Source of the DNA: Acidobacteriota bacterium
GTDB taxonomy: Bacteria; Acidobacteriota; Vicinamibacteria; Vicinamibacterales; SCN-69-37
Assembly: GCA_947467605.1 (NCBI GenBank)
Contig: CANIII010000017.1
Span: 28,052 to 92,051 of the forward strand
Length of the DNA: 64,000 nt
Reading direction: 5' to 3'
The translations under genes and the position numbers were made by a program. The notes under the pieces are model-generated. The model saw nothing but the letters and a program-made list of their open reading frames with translations, made no database searches and had not been told where the DNA came from. Below are positions 56,611 to 64,000 of the stretch, one piece after another (the first letter of the stretch is position 1; the number at the start of each line of letters is the position of its first letter).

Positions 56611-57333
56611 TTGACTGAATCTGCTGCTGAAACGGCCACAACCGTGCCGATGGTACTTGTCGCGCGGAATCTCTCGAAGCACTACACGATGGGCGCGAGC
56701 GTCGTTCGCGCGCTCGATGACGTCTCACTGACGGTCGCCGAGGGCGAGTTCGTCGGATTGCTCGGTACATCAGGATCCGGCAAGTCGACCCTCCTCAATC
56801 TGATTGCCGGGCTCGATCAGGCAACGGCCGGCGAGTTGCTCGTGTTTGGCGACGACCTGGCCAAGATGTCGAGCGAGACGCTCAGCAGGCATCGCCAGAA
56901 GAACGTCGGCATCATCTTCCAGTCGTTCAATCTCATCTCCACCATGACGGCCGCCGAAAATGTGGCGCTGTCGATGATGTTTGCCGGCGTGCCGCGCGCG
57001 GAGCGTGAGCGATCGGCGTCGGATCTGCTGACAGCGGTGGGCCTTGGCGGCCGACAGACGCATCGGCCGAAAGAACTCTCGGGCGGCGAACAACAGCGCG
57101 TCGCCATCGCGCGTGCCCTCTCGAACACACCGCGACTGCTCCTCGCTGACGAACCGACAGGCAACCTCGACAGCCGCACATCGAAAGAGATCATGGCGCT
57201 CCTGAAAGACCTCAACGAGCGTGACGGCAAGACCGTGATCATGGTCACGCACGACGCAGACCTGGCGAAGCGATACGCACACCGAATCATCACGATGCTC
57301 GACGGAAAGGTCTTGAGCGAGGTGACGGCGTGA
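56611..57333 (+). CDS. ABC transporter ATP-binding protein (MacB/LolD/FtsE-like)
   Basis: It has Walker A (GTSGSGKST), the signature LSGGEQQR and Walker B (LLLADEPT). The start is TTG 56611 or ATG 56650. Confidence 0.9.
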   Translation: MTESAAETATTVPMVLVARNLSKHYTMGASVVRALDDVSLTVAEGEFVGLLGTSGSGKSTLLNLIAGLDQATAGELLVFGDDLAKMSSETLSRHRQKNVGIIFQSFNLISTMTAAENVALSMMFAGVPRAERERSASDLLTAVGLGGRQTHRPKELSGGEQQRVAIARALSNTPRLLLADEPTGNLDSRTSKEIMALLKDLNERDGKTVIMVTHDADLAKRYAHRIITMLDGKVLSEVTA

Positions 57334-58769
57334 TCATCAGCGATACGCTCCGTCTCGCGCTCGGCAATGTCCGGCAGTCGAAACTGCGAACGTTCCTGAC
57401 GACGATGGGCGTGTCGATTGGGATTGCGTCGCTGGCCGGCATGGTGTCGCTCGGCGTCGGGCTGCAGGACCAGTTTGTCGGCCGCTTTATGCAGGCCGGC
57501 GTCTTCGACGCCATCACGGTGTCGTCCGGCAACAACGGCGGCCTGCCTGCGCTGCTCGGCGGGCGAGGTCGCGGACGCGGTCGCGCGGGTCGCGGTGGGC
57601 GAGCGGGGAATCCGCCTGTGGAAGGGGCGGCTCCGGAAACTGCGCGCCCTGAACCACCGGCGCTCGACGAAGCGGCGATGACTGCCATCAAAGGGTTGCC
57701 GAACGTAAAGGACGTGTTCCCCAACATCCGCGTCCCGCTGCAAATGCACCTGGGCGAATTCGAAGAACTGGGCACGGCCATGGGCGTGCCGATGTCGGCG
57801 AAAGACGAAGGTGCGTTCCGCACGATGTCGGCCGGCGCCTTTTTTGCGAACGACACGGACGATAGCTGCCTGCTGAGCCTCGACATGGCGAAGCGAATCA
57901 ACGAGACCGATCCCAAGTCGCTCGTGGGCCGAACGCTGACGTTGAGCTACACGGCGTCGACCGCGACGCCAGGCGCTCCCGCGCCGACGCCGATGCCCAC
58001 CATGCCTGGCATGCCGAATCTGGGCGCGCTCTTGCAGATGAAGCGGGTCGATCGCACCTATCGCATCGCGGGTGTTGTGGAGCGTGAGCCGGGCGCGGGT
58101 CTCGGCGGATTCGGCTTTGCGAATGTCATGATCCCGCTCAGCAAAGCGATGGAGATTGACGGGCAGGTGGTGCGGTCGGCGCAGGCGCTCCTGACGGAAG
58201 CACCGACGAAGACGAAGACCTATACGTCGGTGACGGTGAAGGTCACGAAGGCGCAGTTCACCGAAGACGTTGAAGACAAGATCAAGGGCCTCGGTTTTCA
58301 GGCCTTCTCGATCAACGACGCGCTGCAGGGCGCCAAGCGCGCGTTCATCATTCTGGATCTCGTGCTGAGCCTGATCGGCTCGATCGCGCTGGCCGTGTCG
58401 TCACTCGGCATCATGAACACGATGGTGATGTCGATTCTCGAGCGCACGCGCGAGATCGGCGTCATGAAAGCGATTGGCGCCAGCGACAGCGACATCCGCC
58501 GCATCTTCCTCGTGGAAGCCTCGGCCATTGGTGTGCTCGGCGGCGTGGCCGGCATCATCCTCGGTTGGGTCGTGGGTCGCGCCATCAACTTCGGCGCCAA
58601 CATCTACATCGTCCGGCAAGGCGGCGAAGCGGGGAATCTCTTCTCGTTGCCGTGGTGGCTGATCGCTGGCGCGCTCGCATTCTCGTGGCTCGTGAGCCTC
58701 GTGGCCGGCAGCTATCCCGCCAACCGCGCCGCCAAGCTCAACCCGATTCAAGCGCTCCGGCACGACTAG
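57330..58769 (+). CDS. FtsX/MacB-type ABC transporter permease
   Basis: The GTG overlaps the upstream stop (GTGA). The N-terminus RLALGNVRQSKLRTFLTTMGVSIGIASL is followed by a large periplasmic domain and the C-terminal FtsX block (GVMKAIGASDSDIRRIFLVEA). Confidence 0.85.
   Translation: MIISDTLRLALGNVRQSKLRTFLTTMGVSIGIASLAGMVSLGVGLQDQFVGRFMQAGVFDAITVSSGNNGGLPALLGGRGRGRGRAGRGGRAGNPPVEGAAPETARPEPPALDEAAMTAIKGLPNVKDVFPNIRVPLQMHLGEFEELGTAMGVPMSAKDEGAFRTMSAGAFFANDTDDSCLLSLDMAKRINETDPKSLVGRTLTLSYTASTATPGAPAPTPMPTMPGMPNLGALLQMKRVDRTYRIAGVVEREPGAGLGGFGFANVMIPLSKAMEIDGQVVRSAQALLTEAPTKTKTYTSVTVKVTKAQFTEDVEDKIKGLGFQAFSINDALQGAKRAFIILDLVLSLIGSIALAVSSLGIMNTMVMSILERTREIGVMKAIGASDSDIRRIFLVEASAIGVLGGVAGIILGWVVGRAINFGANIYIVRQGGEAGNLFSLPWWLIAGALAFSWLVSLVAGSYPANRAAKLNPIQALRHD
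57558..57608 (+). repeat. Coding Gly/Arg tract (GGRGRGRGRAGRGGRAG) in the periplasmic loop of the permease
   Basis: Read directly from the translation. The DNA is ggcgggcgaggtcgcggacgcggtcgcgcgggtcgcggtgggcgagcgggg. Confidence 0.9.
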
Positions 58770-58821
58770 CGCTGTGTTACCCTTCGCCAGATCCGCACAC
58801 AAGTTTCCTCTGGAGTTGTCT

Positions 58822-61602
58822 ATGAAGAACCGCCAACAGTCCGCTTCCTTTTACGCGCTGCTGCTTCTGGCTGCGATCGCACCGCTGAGCCTCCTCGCCC
58901 AGGCGCCGAAACAGGCCCCGAAGACGCCGGCGCCCGCGATGGCCGCTGCGCCGGCCGGTCCGGCCCCGTTTGTCTCAAAGGAAATGCCGTTCTCCGGCGC
59001 CGGCTGGCAGGACGCCATCATCAAGCAGGAGGGCTATGTGATGCCTCCGAAAGAAATCGCTGATGCTGTGTTGGCCAAGCGCTATCTGAATGTGTCGCTC
59101 ACGAACCTGAGCCCCGACAAGAAGTGGGCGCTCGTGCAGGTGGGTGACGGCCCGGTCGTCATGAAGACGTTCTCGAAGCCCTTCGACGAACTCGGCGGTG
59201 TCTTCATCGACTACAAGGCGAACCGCGTCCGCACGCTGACGATCACCAACGGCGTCGGTATTGATGTGATCTCGACAACCGATGGCACACGCAAGTCGCT
59301 TGCACTGCCCGCCGGCGCGCGCGTGTCAAACGCGACGTGGACGCCGGACGGCAAGAGCATTGCGTTCTTCATGCACGGTGACACCGCGACGCACATCTGG
59401 CTTGCAGATGCGACGACGCTCGCGATCCGGCAGGTGACGAAGACGCCGGTGCTGGCGACGATGATGTCGAGCTTCAGCTTCTCGAACGACGGCAAGCAGG
59501 TGTTTGCGGTGATGCCGCCCGATGGCCGCACCGTCCGTCCCGTTGCGCCCGACATGCCGAGTGGCCCGCAGGTCAAGGTGCTGTCTGGTCAGAAGGAACA
59601 GAACCGGACGTACCCGAGTTTGATGGGCACGCAGGCCGATTTTGAGTTGCTCGAGTGGCACGCGACGGGACAGCTCGTGTCGGTCGATACCACGACCGGT
59701 GTGGCGACGAAGATCGGCACGCCGGCGATGGTCACCGGCGTCAACCCCTCACCCGACGGCCAGTTTGTGCGCGTGACGCGCATGACCAAGCCGTTCTCGT
59801 ATCTGGTGCCGGTGTCGAGCTTCGGCTCGATCGAAGAAGTGTGGGATCGCAAAGGCGCGATGCTGACGCAGTTGAGCGAGCGCAAGATCAACCTTGGCGC
59901 GGCGCCGACAGATGATCCGGCGGCCGATCCGGCTGCGGGTGGTGGCGGTCGCGGTGGCGCGAATCAGACGGGCAAACGCGAAGTGGCGTGGCGCACGGAT
60001 GGCGCGGGCCTCTCGTACATCGAACAGGAACCGGCGCCGGCCGGCGAAGCGGCTCCCGGCCGCACAGGCGGTGGTCGTGGTGCCGCAGGCGCCGCGGGTC
60101 GCGCGGGCGCCGGCAACGGTGCGGCCGCAGCGCCACAGCGCAAGGATCGCCTCTACTCGTGGGCGCCGCCGTTTACGAAAGACAGTGCGAAGGTCATCTA
60201 CGAGAACCCGACGCGCATGACCGGCGTGCGCTACACGCCCGACATGGGCATGATCTTCTGGCGCGAAACGCAGGGCACAAACTCTGTCGACTACGCGGTC
60301 AATCTCGCGAACACCGCCGAGAAGTTCTCGCTCGCAAAGTTCCGCACGGATGATCTCCAGGCCAACCCGGGCACGATCGCGTCGGTGCGCGGCGGCGGTG
60401 GCGGCCGCGCGGGCGGTGGCGGTGGACGCGGTGGCGGTGGTGGCACGGGCGCCGTCTTGCTGTCGGCCGACAAGACCGCGGTCTTCTACGAAGGCACGAT
60501 CTACGACAAGAACCCGGAACAGGTCGCGCCGAAGGCGTTTATCGATCGGTTTGTGATCAAGACGGGTGACAAGACGCGCATCTTCGAAGGCAGCAACGAC
60601 GGCATCTACGAAGCCGTGACGGCGATTCTCGATCCCGACGCGAAGAAGTTCATCATCGCGAAGGAGTCACCGACAATGATCACGCAGAACGTGCTCGTGA
60701 CCGACGGCGGCACGCGCACGCAATTGACGAAGAACGTCGATCCGGCAGAAGACCTCACCGCTGCGGTGCGCCAGCGTTTCTACGTCACGCGTCCGGACGG
60801 ATTCAAATTCAAGATCAGTGTCACGCTGCCGCCAAACTACAAAGAGGGCACGCGACTGCCGGCGATTTTCTGGTTCTACCCGGCGGAGTTCACGACCCAG
60901 GAGGCCTACGATACGCCGGACCGGACGTACAACAAGAACGCATTCAAGGACTTCAACGCGCGCTCGATGGAGTACTTCACTCGCCTCGGCTACGCCGTGG
61001 TGGTGCCAGATACGCCGATCGTGGGTCCGGCCGGACAGATGAACAACAACTACGTGAACGACCTGCGCAACGACCTCGCGACGACCATTGACGAACTCGA
61101 CCGTCGTCAACTCGTCGACCGTCAGCGGCTCGCGATTGGCGGCCACAGCTACGGCGCGTTCTCAACCGTGAATGCCATGGTCAACACGCCGTTCTTCAAG
61201 GCCGGCATCGCGGGTGACGGTAACTACAACCGCACCTTCACGCCGATGGGCTTCCAGAATGAACGACGTCTGCTGTGGGAAGCGCCGAACGTGTACATGG
61301 ACATGTCACCGTTCATGCACGCCAACAACCTGACGGGCGCGCTGTTGATGTACCACAACATGCACGATCAGAACGTCGGCACCGACCCCGACAACTCGAT
61401 CCGCCTGCTGCACGCACTCCAGGGCCTCGGTAAGACGGCCGCGCTCTACATGTATCCGTTCGAAGATCACGGCCAGGTGTCGCGCGAGACGCTGCTCGAC
61501 AACTGGGCCCGCTGGGGCGCGTGGCTCGACAAATACGTGAAGAACCCGGCGCCCGAGAACGCCGCCAAGCCGGCCGGTTCCAAAGGCAGCGGCAGCAGGT
61601 AA
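58822..61602 (+). CDS. S9-family (prolyl oligopeptidase-type) serine peptidase, exported
   Basis: The ATG at 58822 gives the signal peptide MKNRQQSASFYALLLLAAIAPLSLLAQA. A propeller-like N-terminal part with WTPDGKSIAF repeats is followed by the catalytic IGGHSYGAF, with later Asp and His (HDQNV, FEDHG). Confidence 0.8.
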   Translation: MKNRQQSASFYALLLLAAIAPLSLLAQAPKQAPKTPAPAMAAAPAGPAPFVSKEMPFSGAGWQDAIIKQEGYVMPPKEIADAVLAKRYLNVSLTNLSPDKKWALVQVGDGPVVMKTFSKPFDELGGVFIDYKANRVRTLTITNGVGIDVISTTDGTRKSLALPAGARVSNATWTPDGKSIAFFMHGDTATHIWLADATTLAIRQVTKTPVLATMMSSFSFSNDGKQVFAVMPPDGRTVRPVAPDMPSGPQVKVLSGQKEQNRTYPSLMGTQADFELLEWHATGQLVSVDTTTGVATKIGTPAMVTGVNPSPDGQFVRVTRMTKPFSYLVPVSSFGSIEEVWDRKGAMLTQLSERKINLGAAPTDDPAADPAAGGGGRGGANQTGKREVAWRTDGAGLSYIEQEPAPAGEAAPGRTGGGRGAAGAAGRAGAGNGAAAAPQRKDRLYSWAPPFTKDSAKVIYENPTRMTGVRYTPDMGMIFWRETQGTNSVDYAVNLANTAEKFSLAKFRTDDLQANPGTIASVRGGGGGRAGGGGGRGGGGGTGAVLLSADKTAVFYEGTIYDKNPEQVAPKAFIDRFVIKTGDKTRIFEGSNDGIYEAVTAILDPDAKKFIIAKESPTMITQNVLVTDGGTRTQLTKNVDPAEDLTAAVRQRFYVTRPDGFKFKISVTLPPNYKEGTRLPAIFWFYPAEFTTQEAYDTPDRTYNKNAFKDFNARSMEYFTRLGYAVVVPDTPIVGPAGQMNNNYVNDLRNDLATTIDELDRRQLVDRQRLAIGGHSYGAFSTVNAMVNTPFFKAGIAGDGNYNRTFTPMGFQNERRLLWEAPNVYMDMSPFMHANNLTGALLMYHNMHDQNVGTDPDNSIRLLHALQGLGKTAALYMYPFEDHGQVSRETLLDNWARWGAWLDKYVKNPAPENAAKPAGSKGSGSR
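59938..60450 (+). repeat. Three coding Gly/Arg-rich tracts within the S9 peptidase (59938-59958, 60058-60120, 60388-60450)
   Basis: The three tracts translate as GGGGRGG; GRTGGGRGAAGAAGRAGAGNG; and RGGGGGRAGGGGGRGGGGGTG. Confidence 0.9.
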
Positions 61603-61619
61603 CAGAACTCGATTGATGG

Positions 61620-61657
61620 CGCGGCGGCTCTGAAGAGGGCCGCCGCGTTTTTGTTTG
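61620..61657 (+). terminator. Rho-independent terminator after the S9 peptidase gene
   Basis: cgcggcggc-tctgaagagg-gccgccgcg is followed by tttttgtttg. Confidence 0.7.
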
Positions 61658-61675
61658 TGACATCATCGAGCCAGC

Positions 61676-62350
61676 ATGACGATCCGCACGTTTCGCGCCG
61701 GCTCCTCCGTTGAGGACTACTGCCGCGCCTGCAAGACCGACCGCATCCACACCGTGATCGCGGCCGATTCAGACGGCTAGCCCATCAGAACCCAGTGTGG
61801 CTATTGCCGCAGCGAACACAACTATCGTGGTGGCCCCAGAGTGGAAGGGCCCGCGGCTGGGCCCGACAACTCATTGCGTCTGGCCAGAGATGGCCGCTCC
61901 ATCGAGCGCCCGGAGTCTGAGCCCGCGCGTGCCCGCGTGTCCGGCGCGCCCATGCCCATCGTCAGTGATCGAGAGAGAGTGAGTGAGCCCGTCATGGTAA
62001 CGAACGAGTCTGTTGATCTCGAGATGATGATCCGTCGTGTGCTGCGCGAAGAGGGCGGTGTGTCGAACGTCGTGCCGGCCGAGAAATGGCGCAACGGAGT
62101 GATGGTGCTCAAGCCCGGCACCGAAGGCCTCCAGGAGAAGTCGTGGCCCATCGAGACGTTCTTTCACAAGATCGTGATGGTGCGCAATCGGTTGCGCACG
62201 CTCGAGCAGCAAGTCAACGCGTCGGACCTGCCCGAAGACGTGAAGGTGAAGTTGCAGGGATACGTGAGCGGCTGCTACGGATCACTGACGAGCTTCAACG
62301 TCCTGTTTGCGGACGAGACGGATCAGTTCAAGGGCAGTTCAAGTGACTAG
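61676..62350 (+). pseudogene. Zinc-ribbon (CxxC..CxxC) protein gene interrupted by one in-frame TAG (61778-61780)
   Basis: A single frame reads MTIRTFRAGSSVEDYCRACKTDRIHTVIAADSDG*PIRTQCGYCRSEHNYRGG... and continues open to 62350, in the same frame as track ORF 61841..62350. The two CxxC knuckles lie on opposite sides of the stop. Confidence 0.55.
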
Positions 62351-63104
62351 CGCGCGCGTCGCCGTGTGGGGTGCGCTGACCGGCGCTCTCCTGATCGTCA
62401 TGGGCTGTGGTGTGCGACCGCAGCCGTCTCCGGCTGTCGCCGGCAAACATGTGGACCCAGGCACCGCTGGCTCGATCAACGGTCGCATCACGTTTCGCGG
62501 CAAGGCACCCAAGGCGGAAGTGATTCGTATGAGCGCTGACCCGGCGTGTGAGCAGGTCTCGACCGGTCGTGCCACCACGGAAACCGCGCTCGTCGGTGCC
62601 GACGGCGCATTGGCGAATGTCTTCGTGCACATCGAGGATGCGTTTACCGGCTACGAGTTTGACGTGCCGAAAGAAGCAGTGGTGCTCGACCAGCGCGGCT
62701 GCCGCTATGTGCCGCACGTGCTCGGCGTGCGTGTGGGGCAGCCGCTGGAGTTCTTGAACAGCGACGAGACGTTTCACAATGCGCACGCGTCGCCGGCCCA
62801 CAACACGGAGTTCGATCGCGGCGAGCCCACAGCCGGCATGCGGCTGCGCCACACCTTCACGAAGCCCGAAGTGATGGTGCCGATCAAGTGCAACGTGCAC
62901 AACTGGATGAAGTCGTACGTCGGCGTGATGGCGCATCCGTACTTTGCGGTGACCGCGGCGGATGGGGCGTTTGCGATGAACGGACTGCCGCCGGGGACCT
63001 ACCGAATCGATGCCTGGCACGAGTTGTTTGGCGAGCAGTCACAGTCGGTCACGATCACCGAGAAGCAGACGGTGTCCGCGGCCTTCACGTTTCAGTCGAA
63101 ATAG
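62343..63104 (+). CDS. Cupredoxin-like (type-1 copper site-like) lipoprotein
   Basis: The GTG at 62343 gives VTSARVAVWGALTGALLIVMGC, which has a lipobox. Candidate Cu ligands are ETFHNAH and KCNVHNWM (C-x2-H-x2-M). A C-terminal beta-sandwich part reads GTYRIDAWHELFG. Confidence 0.55.
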   Translation: MTSARVAVWGALTGALLIVMGCGVRPQPSPAVAGKHVDPGTAGSINGRITFRGKAPKAEVIRMSADPACEQVSTGRATTETALVGADGALANVFVHIEDAFTGYEFDVPKEAVVLDQRGCRYVPHVLGVRVGQPLEFLNSDETFHNAHASPAHNTEFDRGEPTAGMRLRHTFTKPEVMVPIKCNVHNWMKSYVGVMAHPYFAVTAADGAFAMNGLPPGTYRIDAWHELFGEQSQSVTITEKQTVSAAFTFQSK

Positions 63105-63110
63105 TCGCGG

Positions 63111-64000
63111 CTATCGCTGTCGCTCGTAGATGACGCCCCACGGGCTGCCGCCGGTGGCCACGCGCTGACTCACCGCACCGGTTGCCGCGTCGATGATCGA
63201 GACATCGCCTGAGGGGCCGTTCGCCGTGTAGAGCGTCTTCCCGTCGGCACTCTGCGTAATGCCCCATGGCCGTCCGCCGACATCGTCGATGAATCGCAGG
63301 ATCGTGCGCTTCGCCACATCAATCACGGCAATCGACTTGGCGCGGCCCAGCGAGACAAACGCCTGCAGGCCATCGGATGAGATCGTGATGCCCATCGGTT
63401 TGGCGGGCACCGTGGCGTTTTTGGCCTTCGGCACTTTGATAGTGGAGGCGACCGTGTGCGTCACGGCGTTGATGACGGTGATCGACGCGCCGTTTTCATT
63501 GGTCACGAACGCCGTGGCGCCGTCAGGCGTGAAGGCAATGCCGCGCGGCCGGGGGTCGGTTTTGATCGTAGCGAGGATCTTGCCCGTCGCCGTCTCGATG
63601 ACCGTGACGGTGCCAGATCCCTCGGACGTGACGTACACGTCTTGCCCACCCGGGCGGATGGTGACGCCCTCGGGTTCCTCGCCGACCTTGACGCGTGACC
63701 GTACTTCGCCCGTCGTTGTGTCGACTACAGACATCTCGGCGGTCTCTTCATTCGAGACAAAGATCGATTTGCCGTCCGCGGAGATGTCGAACGTCTCCGG
63801 ATCCTGTCCACTCTTGAGCGTTCTCAGTAGTTTCCCGGTCGCGACATCGACCACACCGATGCCATCCAGCGAGTGATCGGCCGGCGGCAGGGTGGATTCA
63901 TCCACGTTGGGACCGGCGATCGGCGAGCCCGACAGCGCCACAAACAGTAGCGCGCCGTCTGGCGACACGCGCATGCCTCGCGGTCGTTTCCCAACCGGAA
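63111..64000 (-). CDS. YVTN-family beta-propeller repeat protein (N-terminus outside window)
   Basis: It has at least 6 repeats of about 40 aa of the form G..P.G(I/V)..s.DG...yV.n......v.vID. The frame stays open through nt 64000 (..PVGKRPRGMRVSPDG). Confidence 0.65.
   Translation of the reverse strand, partial: PVGKRPRGMRVSPDGALLFVALSGSPIAGPNVDESTLPPADHSLDGIGVVDVATGKLLRTLKSGQDPETFDISADGKSIFVSNEETAEMSVVDTTTGEVRSRVKVGEEPEGVTIRPGGQDVYVTSEGSGTVTVIETATGKILATIKTDPRPRGIAFTPDGATAFVTNENGASITVINAVTHTVASTIKVPKAKNATVPAKPMGITISSDGLQAFVSLGRAKSIAVIDVAKRTILRFIDDVGGRPWGITQSADGKTLYTANGPSGDVSIIDAATGAVSQRVATGGSPWGVIYERQR

Noticed and set aside
430-60450. GGC/GGT/CGC-rich tracts considered as a CRISPR-like array, a tandem DNA repeat family or G-quadruplex motifs.
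   Set aside because: They have no spacer/repeat periodicity and the sequences are not identical to each other. They are in-frame parts of well-supported ORFs, and they are mostly GG rather than GGG runs. I treat them as coding low-complexity insertions instead.
61778-61780. The in-frame TAG as a pyrrolysine codon or other programmed recoding site.
   Set aside because: No pyl genes or recoding signals are visible in the window, and the lineage is not known for pyrrolysine. A nonsense mutation or sequencing error is more parsimonious. It is kept as a finding but not as recoding.

Overview
High-GC (about 65-67% by eye) bacterial chromosomal segment. Gene content points to Acidobacteria: a VWA protein of the 'VWFA-related acidobacterial domain' type, a 1282-aa CarboxypepD_reg-type TonB-dependent receptor, and many TAT/Sec-exported hydrolases. 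I support about 48 protein-coding genes or gene remnants and one tRNA-Thr(CGU). I saw no rRNA, CRISPR array, transposase, integrase or reverse transcriptase. Left to right: three tandem TAT-exported TldD-like metalloproteases; a DUF4159-SGNH-MBOAT O-acylation operon; an ECF sigma/anti-sigma pair; a giant TonB-type receptor; ADP-forming acyl-CoA synthetase plus pyrophosphatase; rlmA; a seven-gene translationally coupled lipid/glycolipid-type operon (17040-24109); a CASTOR/POLLUX-like channel; a small lower-GC islet next to tRNA-Thr (HipA-like kinase with fused HTH, decayed DUF433/DUF5615 pair, NYN nuclease); OmpA and VWA proteins; a PPIase-NtrC-kinase-lipoprotein operon; a DPP4-like S9 peptidase; a hybrid kinase / response regulator / GAF-PP2C phosphatase module; a glycan-utilisation block (GH31, LysR, GH27-NPCBM, nucleotidyltransferase, DctA, GH127); a MacB-type ABC pair; a second S9 peptidase; a zinc-ribbon gene split by an in-frame TAG; and a cupredoxin lipoprotein with a YVTN beta-propeller. 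The best candidate for an undescribed system is the KAS III - MBL - F390-synthetase-like - SDR - GT2 - orphan hydrolase - GT1 operon. Other unusual signals are Gly/Arg-rich (RGG-like) insertions in five different exported enzymes, a 108-nt nested perfect palindrome, a 37-nt palindromic terminator present twice 48 kb apart, and the interrupted zinc-ribbon gene. All calls come from reading the sequence and ORF translations by eye, with no database search. Hairpin coordinates may be off by 1-2 nt.
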